Assembly: GCA_028534125.1 (NCBI GenBank)
Contig: CM052816.1
Span: 68,078,001 to 68,142,000 of the forward strand
Origin: Lama glama
Lineage: Eukaryota
Direction of reading: 5' to 3'
Length of the DNA stretch: 64,000 bases
Of the stretch, positions 1 to 11,629 are shown piece by piece. Made by a program: the position numbers and the translations under genes. The notes under the pieces are model-generated. The model made no database searches, was not told where the DNA came from, and was given only the letters and a program-made list of their open reading frames with translations. The number at the start of each line of letters is the position of its first letter. Position 1 is the first letter of the stretch.

Positions 1-75
1 GGAAACAAGGCCCAGAGAGGTGAAATGACTTGCTAAGCTAGTCACTGAAAGAGCCAGCTTCAGAAGTAGCTGTCT
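1..75 (-). mobile_element. MIR SINE fragment
   Basis: ggaaacaaggcccagagaggtgaaatgacttgc matches the reverse complement of the MIR core. Confidence 0.7.
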
Positions 76-2909
76 AGACTCAGTATTGTGCTGGGCCCCC
101 TACCTGCCAATGTCCAGGGATAGAGGATATCCTGGGTCTGGGAGAAATCCTTGTCCTCCCTCTCAGGTCCTCATCACTTCCACTGTCCCCACTGCCTCAC
201 CATGCCCCAGGCCACTTACAACCTATTAACACTACTGACTTTAAGAGACCTAGAAATCCCTAGGCCATGAAGATGTCCTGGTTAGGAACAAAACCAAGTA
301 CCTGTAGACCTGGCAGTCCAGTTACATCTCTATACAGTTTAATTATAAAATACTCTTTGTGACTAAAATATGGGGATAGGTTATTCTGTTTCTTAAGAGC
401 CAGTTTTCCCCTCTTGCCTGGTACCTCCCCGGCATAAACAAGGCATTTCAGCTCATGAACTCCTTTAGCCAGAGTGGATCTCTAGGTGTATTGCAGGAAA
501 GCACACTGAGACTTCATAAATATTTCCACTGGGGAAGCTAGGATCCAGGAACTCTTAGAAAGGCAGCTTAGCATTGGGTTGGAATGGAGTTTCTTGCTGA
601 AAGTTCTGGTTCTCATCATGTTTTTCTCAGCGTTTGTTTATAAAATGTGCAGATTTTGTGTTTTCAGCTTTAAAAAAAATGCATTAATTGCCTTTGGGGC
701 CATGGGCGGTGCTATTTAAGTTCCTTTAAAAGGCAGATCTCTCAAAGATAGGGTTTGGCTAATTAGAGCCAGAGACCAGGGTAGAGCAGGACTCCTGTTA
801 CTCCTCCTGGGATCCTCTACCCCTCTTTCCCTCTGCTGTCCAAAAAGGCAGGAGGGGAAGCGTGAGATTATTTATCTATTTGCCAATCTATGGCGTATGG
901 GATGAAATCATTGATAAACACTGTTACACAGTCATCATAAATAAGAAGCAAATCCCTCTGTATCTAACAGTTAACACATTGTGGTTGACAAACAGACTGG
1001 CCATTTCCCAACTGAGACGCATCATACAATTTTTACAAAGAGTTGAATTAGAAACATTCGTTACAGGCTGTACTTACCATGCCACATTATTTCCCACTGC
1101 TCCCAATGCCGGCCTGGGGTTCTCCTGTGCAAGCCTCTCCCTTAATCCCCACTGTGATGTGCTAGTTCCTGTCTCTGCCTTTCCTCATGCTTCTCCCTCC
1201 TACCTGGAATGAGCGCCCCATTCTCTCCCTTCCTCTCTGGTGGAAACAAGCCCTGCCTCAGCTCCAGTCCACTTCCTCAGGGTCATTTCTCCAGTCAGAT
1301 GCTCTCTTAGCTAAATCTGTCCACATTTATAGTCTCAGCCCCTCACTACAGTAGACAGCTACTGGCCACTGTGTTATTCATCCAGTCTCTTTCCTCTTCT
1401 CCTGATGATGTTACCTCTTCCTTCTTTGGGTGAACTGTGCACCATCCATTCCATGGGGTTTCCCTGATGTACATTCCAAGAATCCTCATTTCTAATTCTC
1501 TTACATTTTTTCAGTGGTCTCCCCAACAGAGTGAAAATTGTTCAAGATGGGGACTGTGTCTACAGGGCTCATTGCTATGCCCTCCTTGCCCAACTTGCTG
1601 CCTGGCACATAGTCGGAGACCAGGGGGGAATGTTTACAGTAGGAAATAACAAGGGGTTGGAGCTTCCTGGCTAGCAAAAGACAGAAAATTTCTTATTCAA
1701 TTAATTAAGACAGAACTTCACTTTTACACAGACAGGTCAGTGCTGTTCTCATCCACACATGTGGACATTTTTCTTCTCTGTACTTTAGTTTGACCATGAT
1801 TATGAGGCCTGTAGAGCTGAACCCCTTTGTAGACCAGATGTTCTAGGAGGAAGCCGGAAGCTGCAGTGCAGACACTGGACAGAGCTTCTGTGGGAAACAA
1901 GGGGAAGTGCTGGGAAGTGAGGGCTGCAGACAAGGGGAGGGTCAGGGAGGAGGAAGTGTGGGGAGGACTCACTTGCAGTGCTCTTCAAGCAGTCTTGAGA
2001 AATTTGGAAGTGTCCAACCAGAGTCTTCAAGCCACACAGAAACCACTCTTCAGCCTCCCTTCTCAGTTAGCTCTCTTTTGTTTACATTTTTTGCATAATT
2101 ACATGTTCCCAGTTTTGGGGCTATAGGGCAAAGGGCTTCTCTTCTCCCCATTGTTTCCCTGGGGTTTGTTTGGAAGAGCTATGAATAGCAGGACAGGCCC
2201 CTCTCTCCTGGCCCTCCCCTACTTGATTTCCATGCCAGAGTGACCAATTGGATCTTTATCTAAAAACTTCTACACTCTTTGGGATGGAGTCTCAATTTTC
2301 CATAAACCTTTTCTGAAGAAAAGCCAAGCCAAAGAAGGAATGGTTAGAAAAATCTCAGATCACCTACCCTTTCAGGGATTATTTCAGCTGGCTCAGAGCT
2401 GACTCTGAGCTAAGATGGAGTCACCTCAGTGTCCCCCAGACTCCTTATGGGTGCCCATTTCTCCTCCCTCCACTTCTACTCATCTTTCTTCAGGTCCCCA
2501 GAACCTTCATGATGGTTCTAATTTTCCTCTTAAATAATAGAGGAAAAGTAATGTGTTACTTCTCAGGAGTATTTGCAATTTTGCAAGGAACAAATCCTTA
2601 AGCCAGTGAGTCTCAAGATATGAATTTAGGAACCAGGAGGGGTTTTCTGGGTTAAGAGCCTTTTTTAGAGTTCCTGAAAGCATGCTGTGTGTGTACCTGC
2701 CAATCAACCCATTCTTTGAGACTAGCCCTCCTTATAGAATGTTCCTATGTGTGATTTTTATTATTTCTAGGTCAGACTTCTCAGGCATCCTTCCCAACTC
2801 TAAATTCAGCAGTTTGGGGCAGAGCAGTTTTATTTCCCCAAAGAAAATACAATAGCCCCTGAAGTTTCAGTCCTTTTTAAATTTATTTTTACTAAACAAG
2901 AGTTTTTCA

Positions 2910-3008
2910 GAGCAGAGACTGTTTCTTGTTTATGTTCAAGTTCCCTGTACCTAGCACAGAGCCTGACACGAGGTAGGTGGTCAGTAAATGCTTAGTAAAT
3001 TGAATTGA
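2910..3008 (+). mobile_element. L2 LINE 3' end
   Basis: cctagcacagagcctgacacgaggtaggtggtcagtaaatgcttagtaaattgaattga is a typical L2 terminus. Confidence 0.75.
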
Positions 3009-3114
3009 GGAGACTAACTACACCAGTATAATTATCCCTTTGTTGTTCAATTTAGAGAAGATGCTGTACTTGCTGGGAATCTGCATAAGCAAAACAGACT
3101 GGTGTTGGTTTATT

Positions 3115-3665
3115 ATCAATTTGTTTGCTCTTGAGTGCAAGCAACAGGATACTTACCTAAAAGTTGCTTAAATAGAGGAGTTTATTTTCTCTCCACTTAA
3201 CAAGAAGTTCAGGAGTAGGGTCTATCCTGAGGCCTGAGGAGGACATCAGGAGCCATGTCTTTCCCTTAGTCCACTGCTTATTCCTCAGTGGGTCGGCATT
3301 GTTTCCTCTCCTGGTCCTAGCATGGCTGCTGTGGCTCCAAGCACCACCTCCTCAGCAACCGCATGCAAGGCAGAAAGCAAGGACCAGGTTGGTCTCTCTT
3401 GCTTTCTTTCCTTCATCAGGGAAGACCTCTTCCACAGAAGCCTCAGGATACTTCCCCCTACACCCGATTTGCCCAAAGTGGTTCACCTGGTCCTCTACGC
3501 TAATCATGGTGCAGGGAAGTGGAATCACCCTCGAAGGCTTCCACAGCCTGAACCTCCCCTTCCCCAGGGGAAGAACTGCTCTTCCCCGGCTCCACTGACC
3601 CCAGCACCTGAGCAGAGTGGACAAAGGGGGAATGCTTGTCTGATAAACAACCAAGAGTGTCAGCC
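3115..3665 (-). mobile_element. Old MaLR LTR (MLT1J/K/L-like)
   Basis: gcaagcaacagga..., gcttaaatagaggagtttattttctc...aacaagaagttcagg and atggctgctgtggctccaagcaccac motifs resemble old MLT1 LTRs. The overlapping ORFs are spurious. Confidence 0.6.
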
Positions 3666-4699
3666 CATACTCAATCTCAATCAAAACAACAGTCCTCTCA
3701 GGCTTTTTACCTACAAATAAAAGTCTGTTAACAGACAGCCTGTTAATAAAGACAGAGGAGCTGTAAGAGACCCAGGATGATATTATTATTTTTAATCTAT
3801 GCCATTTCAGAATTTGCAGGGAGAGTTGAACTACCCTGCCACAGAATGATTTTGTTTTTAAGTGAAATTATTTTAAATGTTTCCACAAGGTTAAAGATCC
3901 CACTAAGATATACTTCTCCTCTTAAAGGAGAAATAGCACAAACTTCACTCTGAGCTATGCTCAGTTCATTTACACATTTTGACTGATACTAGATTTTTTA
4001 ACATTTGAGCCTGCCGTTTTTGCAACGCGATTTGTTTTCCATTCTAAATTCAATAGGAAGGTGTGGGTGAAGAAACTCAAACTGATGCCAAATGTAAATT
4101 TCCCCAGTATGCTCTAAAATAGAAGAACAGCTTGTTTTAAAGATAAATAGGCTATTTGAAAACAGTATTTATTGGTTTATAGGTGAAACATCAGCCATGA
4201 GTTGATTGATTTTGATGAGTACATGGGGTAATGGTATATGGAGATTCAGTATACTGGTCTTTCATAATAAAAATCAAAAATATAAATAAAAAGAAGAATT
4301 TTGAAAAATTAGTGATAATAGTAAAATTTTTAAATGATTTATGCAAAATTTCCATTCTGGCATATAAACTTTTAAATATATAAAATGAAAGATTTAGAAT
4401 TTTGAGGAAGGTAAAAACATTCTCCAGATGTACAAAGATTTTCTTATAATTTCAATTTACTTTATAACTTTAGGAGCATAAGTATTAGTTAGATAATTAG
4501 GAACTGCAATAATTGAGAAATCTACAAATTGATTAAAATGTAATCATTTGGAGCACTGGGTCATATAAAGAAACACCATAAGGCAGAAGAATGGGGAAAA
4601 TATCCACTGCCCTTTCAGTTAGCTCAGTTGGAGAGAAGCACAGGAATCCAGCTCTCAAGGTGTGGTTTAGAATTTAACCTGAGAGGCCACTGAAGACAA

Positions 4700-5060
4700 C
4701 ACACTTTCTGCTAGTTCTATGTGTTACTAAAGTTGTAAAAGGGAAGGAACATGGTTCCATGTGAGCATTAGCAGAAGAACCTGAACTAGACACGGGGACC
4801 ATCCTCTGGAAAGTGATCGCTGAGCTGAGACCTAAAGAAGTAAAGGAGTTAAGCTGGTGATGGGTGAAGAAGAGGAGGAGGTAGGCAGGCAGAGGAAGCA
4901 CCACGTGTGCAAGTCTGTGGTAGGAGGGGCTGGAACGCTTTTCCAGGAACTACCTAAGGCCTGAGTGGCTGCCGGGTCTAGAATGAGGAGAGAGAAGCAG
5001 GAGACAAGGCTACAGAGGAGAATGGGATCAGACCACACAGGCTTTGAAGGCCACTTTGAG
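4700..5060 (-). mobile_element. L2 LINE fragment
   Basis: Purine-rich stretch gctgagacctaaagaagtaaaggagttaagc...ggcagaggaagcaccacgtgtgcaag...atcagaccacacaggctttgaaggcca is typical of antisense L2. Confidence 0.7.
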
Positions 5061-5145
5061 GGAAGCAGAGGACCAGGAGTGATGGAAGAAGGGACTCTTC
5101 TGAGAGTGGGTTCAGCAGGCCTACACCAAGAAGAGAAAAAGCCAG

Positions 5146-5537
5146 TACCTTAGTCTGTTCAGGCCACCCAAACAAAAAACCTTAGATTGGTGGCTTAAAC
5201 AGTAAAAATGTATTTTCTCATAGTTCTGGAGGTTGGGAAGTCCAAGAACAAGGTGCTGGTCAATTTGATTTCTGCTGAGAGGCCTCGTCCTGGCTTGCAG
5301 ATAGCCTCCTAGCTGTGTCCTAGCACAATAGAGAGAAAGAAAGAGGGAATATATTGGAGTGAGTTCTCTGTTGTCTCTTCTCATAAAGACACTGACCCTG
5401 TCAGATTAGGTCTCCCAGCCTCATGATCTCATTGATCTTTGTTATTTCCTTAGATGCCCTGTCTCTAGATAGAGTCACATTTAGGGTTAGGGCTTCAATG
5501 TATGATTTTGAGGGGAGACACAATTCAGTTCATAACA
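5146..5537 (-). mobile_element. MaLR solo LTR (MLT1A/B-like) with perfect 5-bp TSD
   Basis: Contains ttctcatagttctgggaggttgggaagtccaaga and ends gacacaattcagttcataaca. Flanked by GCCAG at 5141-5145 and 5538-5542. Confidence 0.9.
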
Positions 5538-7144
5538 GCCAGTAAGGGAATCCCTATGTACTTGGCTGGTGGGTTCTCAGTCTAGTTCTAGGCTTGAAAC
5601 CTAATTTTGAATCATTTCCTGTGTGCTGGGCACAAATTCCCCTCTGGTATGCCCCAGCCATAGGTAAGGCTCTGAGATCACCTTGAGTGAAGCTGGAGCA
5701 CATGGAAGGGCAGGTGGTGAAGTGACTGGGGTGATGGAGTAGCCAGGGGAGGAGCTAGAGCAATGTCAGTTAATAATCAGAATCTCTTCCCCAGTGGATC
5801 TCAGGTATGACTGGGAGGTGCCTGAATGCCAGCAGTCAGTGTGCAGTGGGGGCCTGTGTTAGTTCATTTGGTTATTGATAAAAGGGATACCACAAGAAGG
5901 CTGGAGGACCAGAGGACAGTTGGGTAAAAACAGTTTGGTTTCTTTGATTCTGTGACTAACTTCTTTGGATATTTGATAGAAAACACAGTTTATAGGAATT
6001 ATTTCCTCTCAGCTGTGGAATGCATTTGTTATTTCTTTTCTTTAATGCCTAAAGTGCATCTGTTAGGCCCTCCATAGGATAGGAATTCCTGGTGTAAAAC
6101 AGTGATGTGACTATTGTGGAGCAATTACCAAGGGAGGAAGCTAATTAGCCTTCTGGGAGTGACCTTTCTCAGTTACAGGACTAACAGCTGGCCCAATGTG
6201 CATATTAGTTGTTAAATGTCTCCAGAGAGAGCTGATGACTGATGCTGCCAGAGGAAGAAAGCCTGCAGAATCAGACTGTCAGCACTGGATGGGACCTTGG
6301 GACCACGAAGGGCAGTCTCCCTCCCTGGCAGCTGAGGACAGTAAACTAGGGAGAGATTTGTGTTTGAATCAAAGTCACAACCAGTCAGTGGCAGAGCAGG
6401 ACAAGCACCCTGGCCCTCTGGGTCCCAGTCTTTATTCTTTGTATCAAACGTTTTCTACCTGTATGAAGTAACTGCACAGGGCCTAGGAAATCCCCACACA
6501 CATAGACCTCTTTCTGCCATAGCCTCTTGTCCAGAGATTTTCATTTCCTCTCCTAAATACCACAATGAGAAAACTCAAAAGTTGAATAACCTTGTGAAAC
6601 CCAGAAAGGGAGAAATTACAAATGGGAGAAAGATCAGGGTTGATTGAAATTTCTATAAACTATCTTCGGCTCCAAATAGGTGCAATTTAAATGTTTCTCT
6701 TGGCTCGTTTTTCTCACCTTTTTTGGTGTTATTATATTTTGCTTGGTTAGTTGCATTTTTTTGTAAGACATTCTAAATCTTTTATGAAACAAGTTTGAAT
6801 GAGCAAATATGAGAAAGAAAAATACATTTGGGGACCAAGAGCAAGAAGAAATATGGAAGGACAGAAAGACAAGTCCCTCTCTGCATGGAAGCTGGGTATA
6901 GTCATCAAACACATCACCCTTGGGGGCAAAAATAGATGCTGGAGCCCTCACTTAATTTTGGTTTCCCACTTTTTTTTCCATTTATATGGCACACAGAGTC
7001 ACTTATCAAATTCCACATTTCCCAGGTTAGTCCAGTAAAATAAGCCATTAGGATGATACTTCACTGTACACATATAGTGTTGTATGTGTGTGTGTGTGTA
7101 CAGTATACTCTTAAAAAATGTAAAACAGTTTCAAGAGTTCAAGG

Positions 7145-7463
7145 CAAATAGACAAATGGAATGGAATAGAAAGCTAAGAGAGAGAGAGAAAGACTACAGA
7201 GTGTATCAAGCAACTTCATCTATGATAATGGTGCTAATCTAAATAAGTAGGAAAAAAACCAGATTTTTTAGTGATAGTGTTAGGAAATTTGGGCCACTAT
7301 ATTAAGAAAGCAAAACAGGATCCATTCTTTGTACCAATACAAAGCAAGACTCCAGCTGAATAAAGACTTAAATATGAAGATAAAATCCTGTAGCTAGTAG
7401 AATAAAATATAAAATAATACTTTTGTGGCTCAGAATGGGGAAGGGCATCCTGAAAAGACCCAA
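7145..7463 (+). mobile_element. Ancient L1 ORF2 fragment (highly diverged)
   Basis: gacaaatggaatggaatagaaag...gaataaagacttaaatatgaag...ctagtagaataaaatata: degenerate ORF2 motifs. Confidence 0.65.
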
Positions 7464-7945
7464 ACTTATACAAGTCAATAACAAAAAACAAACAACCCAA
7501 TCAAAAAATGGACAGAAAACCTAAATAGAAATTTCTCCAGAGGATACATATAGATGATCAATATTAAAAGTTGCTCAACATCACTAAATATTAGAGAAAT
7601 GCAAATCAAAACTACAATGAGGTATCACCTCACACCAGTCAGAATGGTTATCATTAGAAAGTCCACAAATAATAAATGCTGGAGAGGGTGTGGAGAAAAG
7701 AGAGCCTTCTTAAACCGTTGGTGAAAATATCAATTGGTGCAGCCATTAGAAAGCAGTATGGAGATTTCTTAAAAAACTAAAACTAGACTTACCATATGAT
7801 CTATCAATCCCACTCCTGGGCATTTATCCAAAGAAAACAAAAAGATTCATGCACCCCAATGTTCATAGCAGCACTATATACAGTAGTCAAGACATGAAAG
7901 CAACCTAAATGTCTATCAACAGATGACTGGATAAAAAAGATATGA
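7464..7945 (+). mobile_element. Intermediate-age L1 ORF2 3' fragment
   Basis: aaacaacccaatcaaaaaatggacagaa...gaaatgcaaatcaaaactacaatgaggtatcacctcacaccagtcagaatgg, with frameshifts and stops. Confidence 0.93.
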
Positions 7946-7950
7946 GAAGG

Positions 7951-8665
7951 AATCCCACTCCTGGGCTTGTACCCAGAAGGAAATCTACTTCAGGATGACA
8001 CCTGCACCCCAATGTTCATAGCAGCACTATTTACAATAGCCAAAACATGGAAACAACCTAAATGTCCATCAACAGGTGACTGGATAAAGAAGATGTGGTA
8101 TATTTATACAATGGAATACTACTCAGCCATAAAAACCGACAACATANNNNNNNNNNNNNNNNNNNNNNNNNNNNNNNNNNNNNNNNNNNNNNNNNNNNNN
8201 NNNNNNNNNNNNNNNNNNNNNNNNNNNNNNNNNNNNNNNNNNNNNNNNNNNNNNNNNNNNNNNNNNNNNNNNNNNNNNNNNNNNNNNNNNNNNNNNNNNN
8301 NNNNNNNNNNNNNNNNNNNNNNNNNNNNNNNNNNNNNNNNNNNNNNNNNNNNNNNNNNNNNNNNNNNNNNNNNNNNNNNNNNNNNNNNNNNNNNNNNNNN
8401 NNNNNNNNNNNNNNNNNNNNNNNNNNNNNNNNNNNNNNNNNNNNNNNNNNNNNNNNNNNNNNNNNNNNNNNNNNNNNNNNNNNNNNNNNNNNNNNNNNNN
8501 NNNNNNNNNNNNNNNNNNNNNNNNNNNNNNNNNNNNNNNNNNNNNNNNNNNNNNNNNNNNNNNNNNNNNNNNNNNNNNNNNNNNNNNNNNNNNNNNNNNN
8601 NNNNNNNNNNNNNNNNNNNNNNNNNNNNNNNNNNNNNNNNNNNNNNTAAAATAAAAACAAAACCA
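7951..8665 (+). mobile_element. Young 5'-truncated L1 (ORF2 C-terminus, runs into gap)
   Basis: Encodes [45 protein letters not shown] (L1 ORF2p C-terminus). An A-rich tail remnant follows the gap. Confidence 0.93.
8147..8646. other. Assembly gap (500 N)
   Basis: Run of exactly 500 N; probably a placeholder size. Confidence 1.
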
Positions 8666-8819
8666 ATGAAAAATCTTAAATGTTCCCTTTAATTCTAAGG
8701 ATTGCAGAAAAGGTAAATATTTGATGACACCTTCATTTAATGCCCCCCTTTTCTCTCTGGTTGTTTGCTTCCGTAATAATAATAATTTGAAAAAATATTC
8801 TAATTTGGGAGGCAGCAAT

Positions 8820-8950
8820 TTCTAGCTATCTTTCTTCTTCTATAGTAAAAGTATGCTGTATTATAGCTGGACACGTGAATACGTGGAATAAAGATGACAT
8901 TTGAAGACCCCTTTGAAGCTAGATATGGCCATGGGACTAAGTTCTAGTCA
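8820..8950 (+). mobile_element. ERVL LTR16-like fragment
   Basis: aaagatgacatttgaagaccccttgaagctagatatggccatgggactaagttctagtca resembles the LTR16 core motif. Confidence 0.55.
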
Positions 8951-10699
8951 GTATTTCTCCCACCAGCCAGTGTAAAAGGGTTTTTAAAATCTTCACATCC
9001 CACTCCCTAACACCTAGCAGTATCCAGCTGTCTGACCTTTGCAAGTCCTAGGGTATATAAATACAGGCACAGACTATCTCCTTAACTTTAATCAAGGGTG
9101 AGCCTTTGTCAACATCATAAATAGCACAAATACACTTGACAACACCAAAAATACCACAAATATGTCAAAACCAAAATTCACAGACTGATAAGAATTCAGT
9201 CTTGGGGTGGGTTACCCCTGCAGAGATAAAGCAGGAGGGAAAAAGAGCTGAGACAGACTTGTCCTAAGTGGCCAGTGCTCTGGACTGGGTACAAAGGCAC
9301 TGAAGTTGTAATTCCAGTTTGGGCACTAATTCCCACTGGACCCTAAGCAGGTCAGCTCATTCCAGTCAGCAAAGTGGAGAGACTAATAAAGGCCTCTCCT
9401 CAGGGCAATGAGAAATAAAGTTTGTAAAGCACTTTGAAAGGAACGCTGCTGTTACAGTTTGCAGAGAAGGAAGCACTGAGAAGCAGAGGCCTTGGGCTTA
9501 GCAGGGACAGAAAAGGTCAGCATATCCCAGCCCATGCACTGATCTAATTAATCACTGGGCAACCCTCCCACTGGCTAAATTCAGATATCTGTCTCTCCAT
9601 ATAATGTCTAAAAAGTACAGATGACTATGAAAGAGTCTAAGCTTCTACTGAGAGGATAAAATGCAGGACCCCTGTGAATCTCCCCTGTGTGTGTGTATGT
9701 GTGTGTGCATGTGCTTGTGTGCACACGTTCATGTATGAGCATTGTTACAGAGTTGTAATACATGTCAGTATATGTCTCTCACTTTAAGAAAATCTTCAGG
9801 ATTTTTGCCTACACTTTCAACACATTTGGGGCAGTAGCATTGTGTTTAGCCATGATAATAATAATCACTAATAAAGCATAACAATGATTGCAGTTCTGTG
9901 TGTAACCCCCTGCCAGAGGCATATGTCTGAACTTATGTGAGTTCAGTGCATTCTGAAAAAAAAAAAGGTCATGTTTTTCTTATTGTACAATTCCATTAGC
10001 CTTGCCTTATTATTTTGTTGTCTGCTCCAGAAACATTTAATGGACTACTTAAGACTTCCTCTTTTCACTTTTACTTTTCTTTTGAATCTGAACTACTTAA
10101 TTCTAGATTTCCTACCATTCTGCTGTCTGTTCTTTGCAGGACAGAATTCTGGGACTTTCTTCTCCAGGTGAAAAATCGTACCTCCCTTTCACCTTTGCAT
10201 ACAGAGAGACTTGCCAAAGCTACTCTCTAGAGAGAAAGAATTTAAGTCACGTGTAATCTGTTCATATCCATGTCTTGCCAGTAGAATGACTTGTCTGTTT
10301 TTCCAGGGTTAAAACTCATCCCAAAGATATTCTGGTTTTATTCAAAGCATTCACAAAAGAAGCTGTAGTTCTGCACTGTTCATATACCCGTGGGTCTAGT
10401 CCTATGAGCTTCCAGAGGAAACTCACCAAATATAAAAACATAAATAATATGCTTTTTACATTAGCTGTTCCCAAAGTAAGGTTAAATCTGCAACATATAC
10501 AGACAAGAGTATCTATCACTTGGTTGTACCAGGAGATATTGGGGTGCAATAGTGGAAGATAGCTTAGTGGAAGATAGCTAATTTGTGATAAACTGAATGT
10601 TCCAAATAAGATTTTTTTGTGTGTTTTAAAAATACCCTTCTTATTGACAGGACAACAAAATCATTCATTCCACAAACATTTTTTAGTAAGGAACTCCAG

Positions 10700-11070
10700 C
10701 ATAGAAATAAAAACTCTATAAAAGGAAATGGAGTGGAAATTATAGAGTTGAAATGAAGAATTCATTTAATATGTTTAACTACAACTGGGCACAAAAGAAG
10801 AAAGGATCACTGAATTTAAAGACAAATCAATAGAAATTATCCAAACTGAATCACAAAGAGGAAAAGCAATGAAGAAAAAAAAAAAACACTGAATAGAATG
10901 TTTTAAATGTGCGCGACACTACCAAATGGTCTAACATACATTTAATTGGTATCACAGGATAGGAGAGAGAGAGTGAAGCAAAAGAAACACTTGTAGGGAT
11001 AATAGCTAAGAATTCTTCAAAGTTGATGAAAGACATTGACCCACAAATCAAAGACATTCTCACAACTCTC
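10700..11070 (+). mobile_element. Old L1 ORF1 fragment (L1MC/L1ME-like)
   Basis: aaaggatcactgaatttaaagacaaatcaatagaaattatccaaactgaa...ataatagctaagaattcttcaaagttgatgaaagaca. Confidence 0.85.
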
Positions 11071-11084
11071 TAAGAGGTTCCTGT

Positions 11085-11560
11085 TCCCTCTAGTATAAAC
11101 CCCAAGTTCATAAAGTGTATGGTCAGGCTCTTGCCTGTCTCTCCAACCTCACTTTCCTGTGGATTTTCCTCATGTATGTCACTCCATCTGTTCTTTCAGT
11201 TCTTCTTTTAGATCCTCCCCTGTCTGGAACCTCTGGACATTTCAGTTCAAATGTCAACTTCTCAGAGAGATCTTGTCTGACTGACTATTGTCTCTAAAAT
11301 TGTCAAGCCCTAGCCCTAGTTATCACCTGCCTATTACTCTCTATTTAATTATTTTGGGTTCTTTCATAGCATACATAGTTACTTGAATTTAGCTTAATAA
11401 TTTATTTTCTGACTTCACTATTTTATTTCTTTGCACACTGGAATGTAAGCATTCTGAAAATAGGAAGCATGTATTTCTCATTCAATAGCATAATCTGAAT
11501 GCTTCAAAAAGTGTCTGGGCACATAGTGGAAGGTCAGTATTATGTGGATGAATGGATCGA
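11085..11560 (+). mobile_element. L2 LINE 3' fragment
   Basis: tcagttcaaatgtcaacttctcagaga...gaatgtaagcattctgaaaataggaa...gtctgggcacatagtgg...gatgaatggat. Confidence 0.75.
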
Positions 11561-11587
11561 TAGATAGTTGTATGTAAATGTAATACA

Positions 11588-11629
11588 GTGTGTGTGTGTG
11601 TGTGTGTCTGTGTGCATGTGTGTGTGTGT
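11588..11629. repeat. (TG)n microsatellite, interrupted
   Basis: Directly visible. Confidence 0.95.

Noticed and set aside
7967..8818. Long ORFs of 184-241 aa (and those at 32639-33569)
   Set aside because: Their length comes from reading through N runs; the real parts are L1 ORF2 or short flanks.
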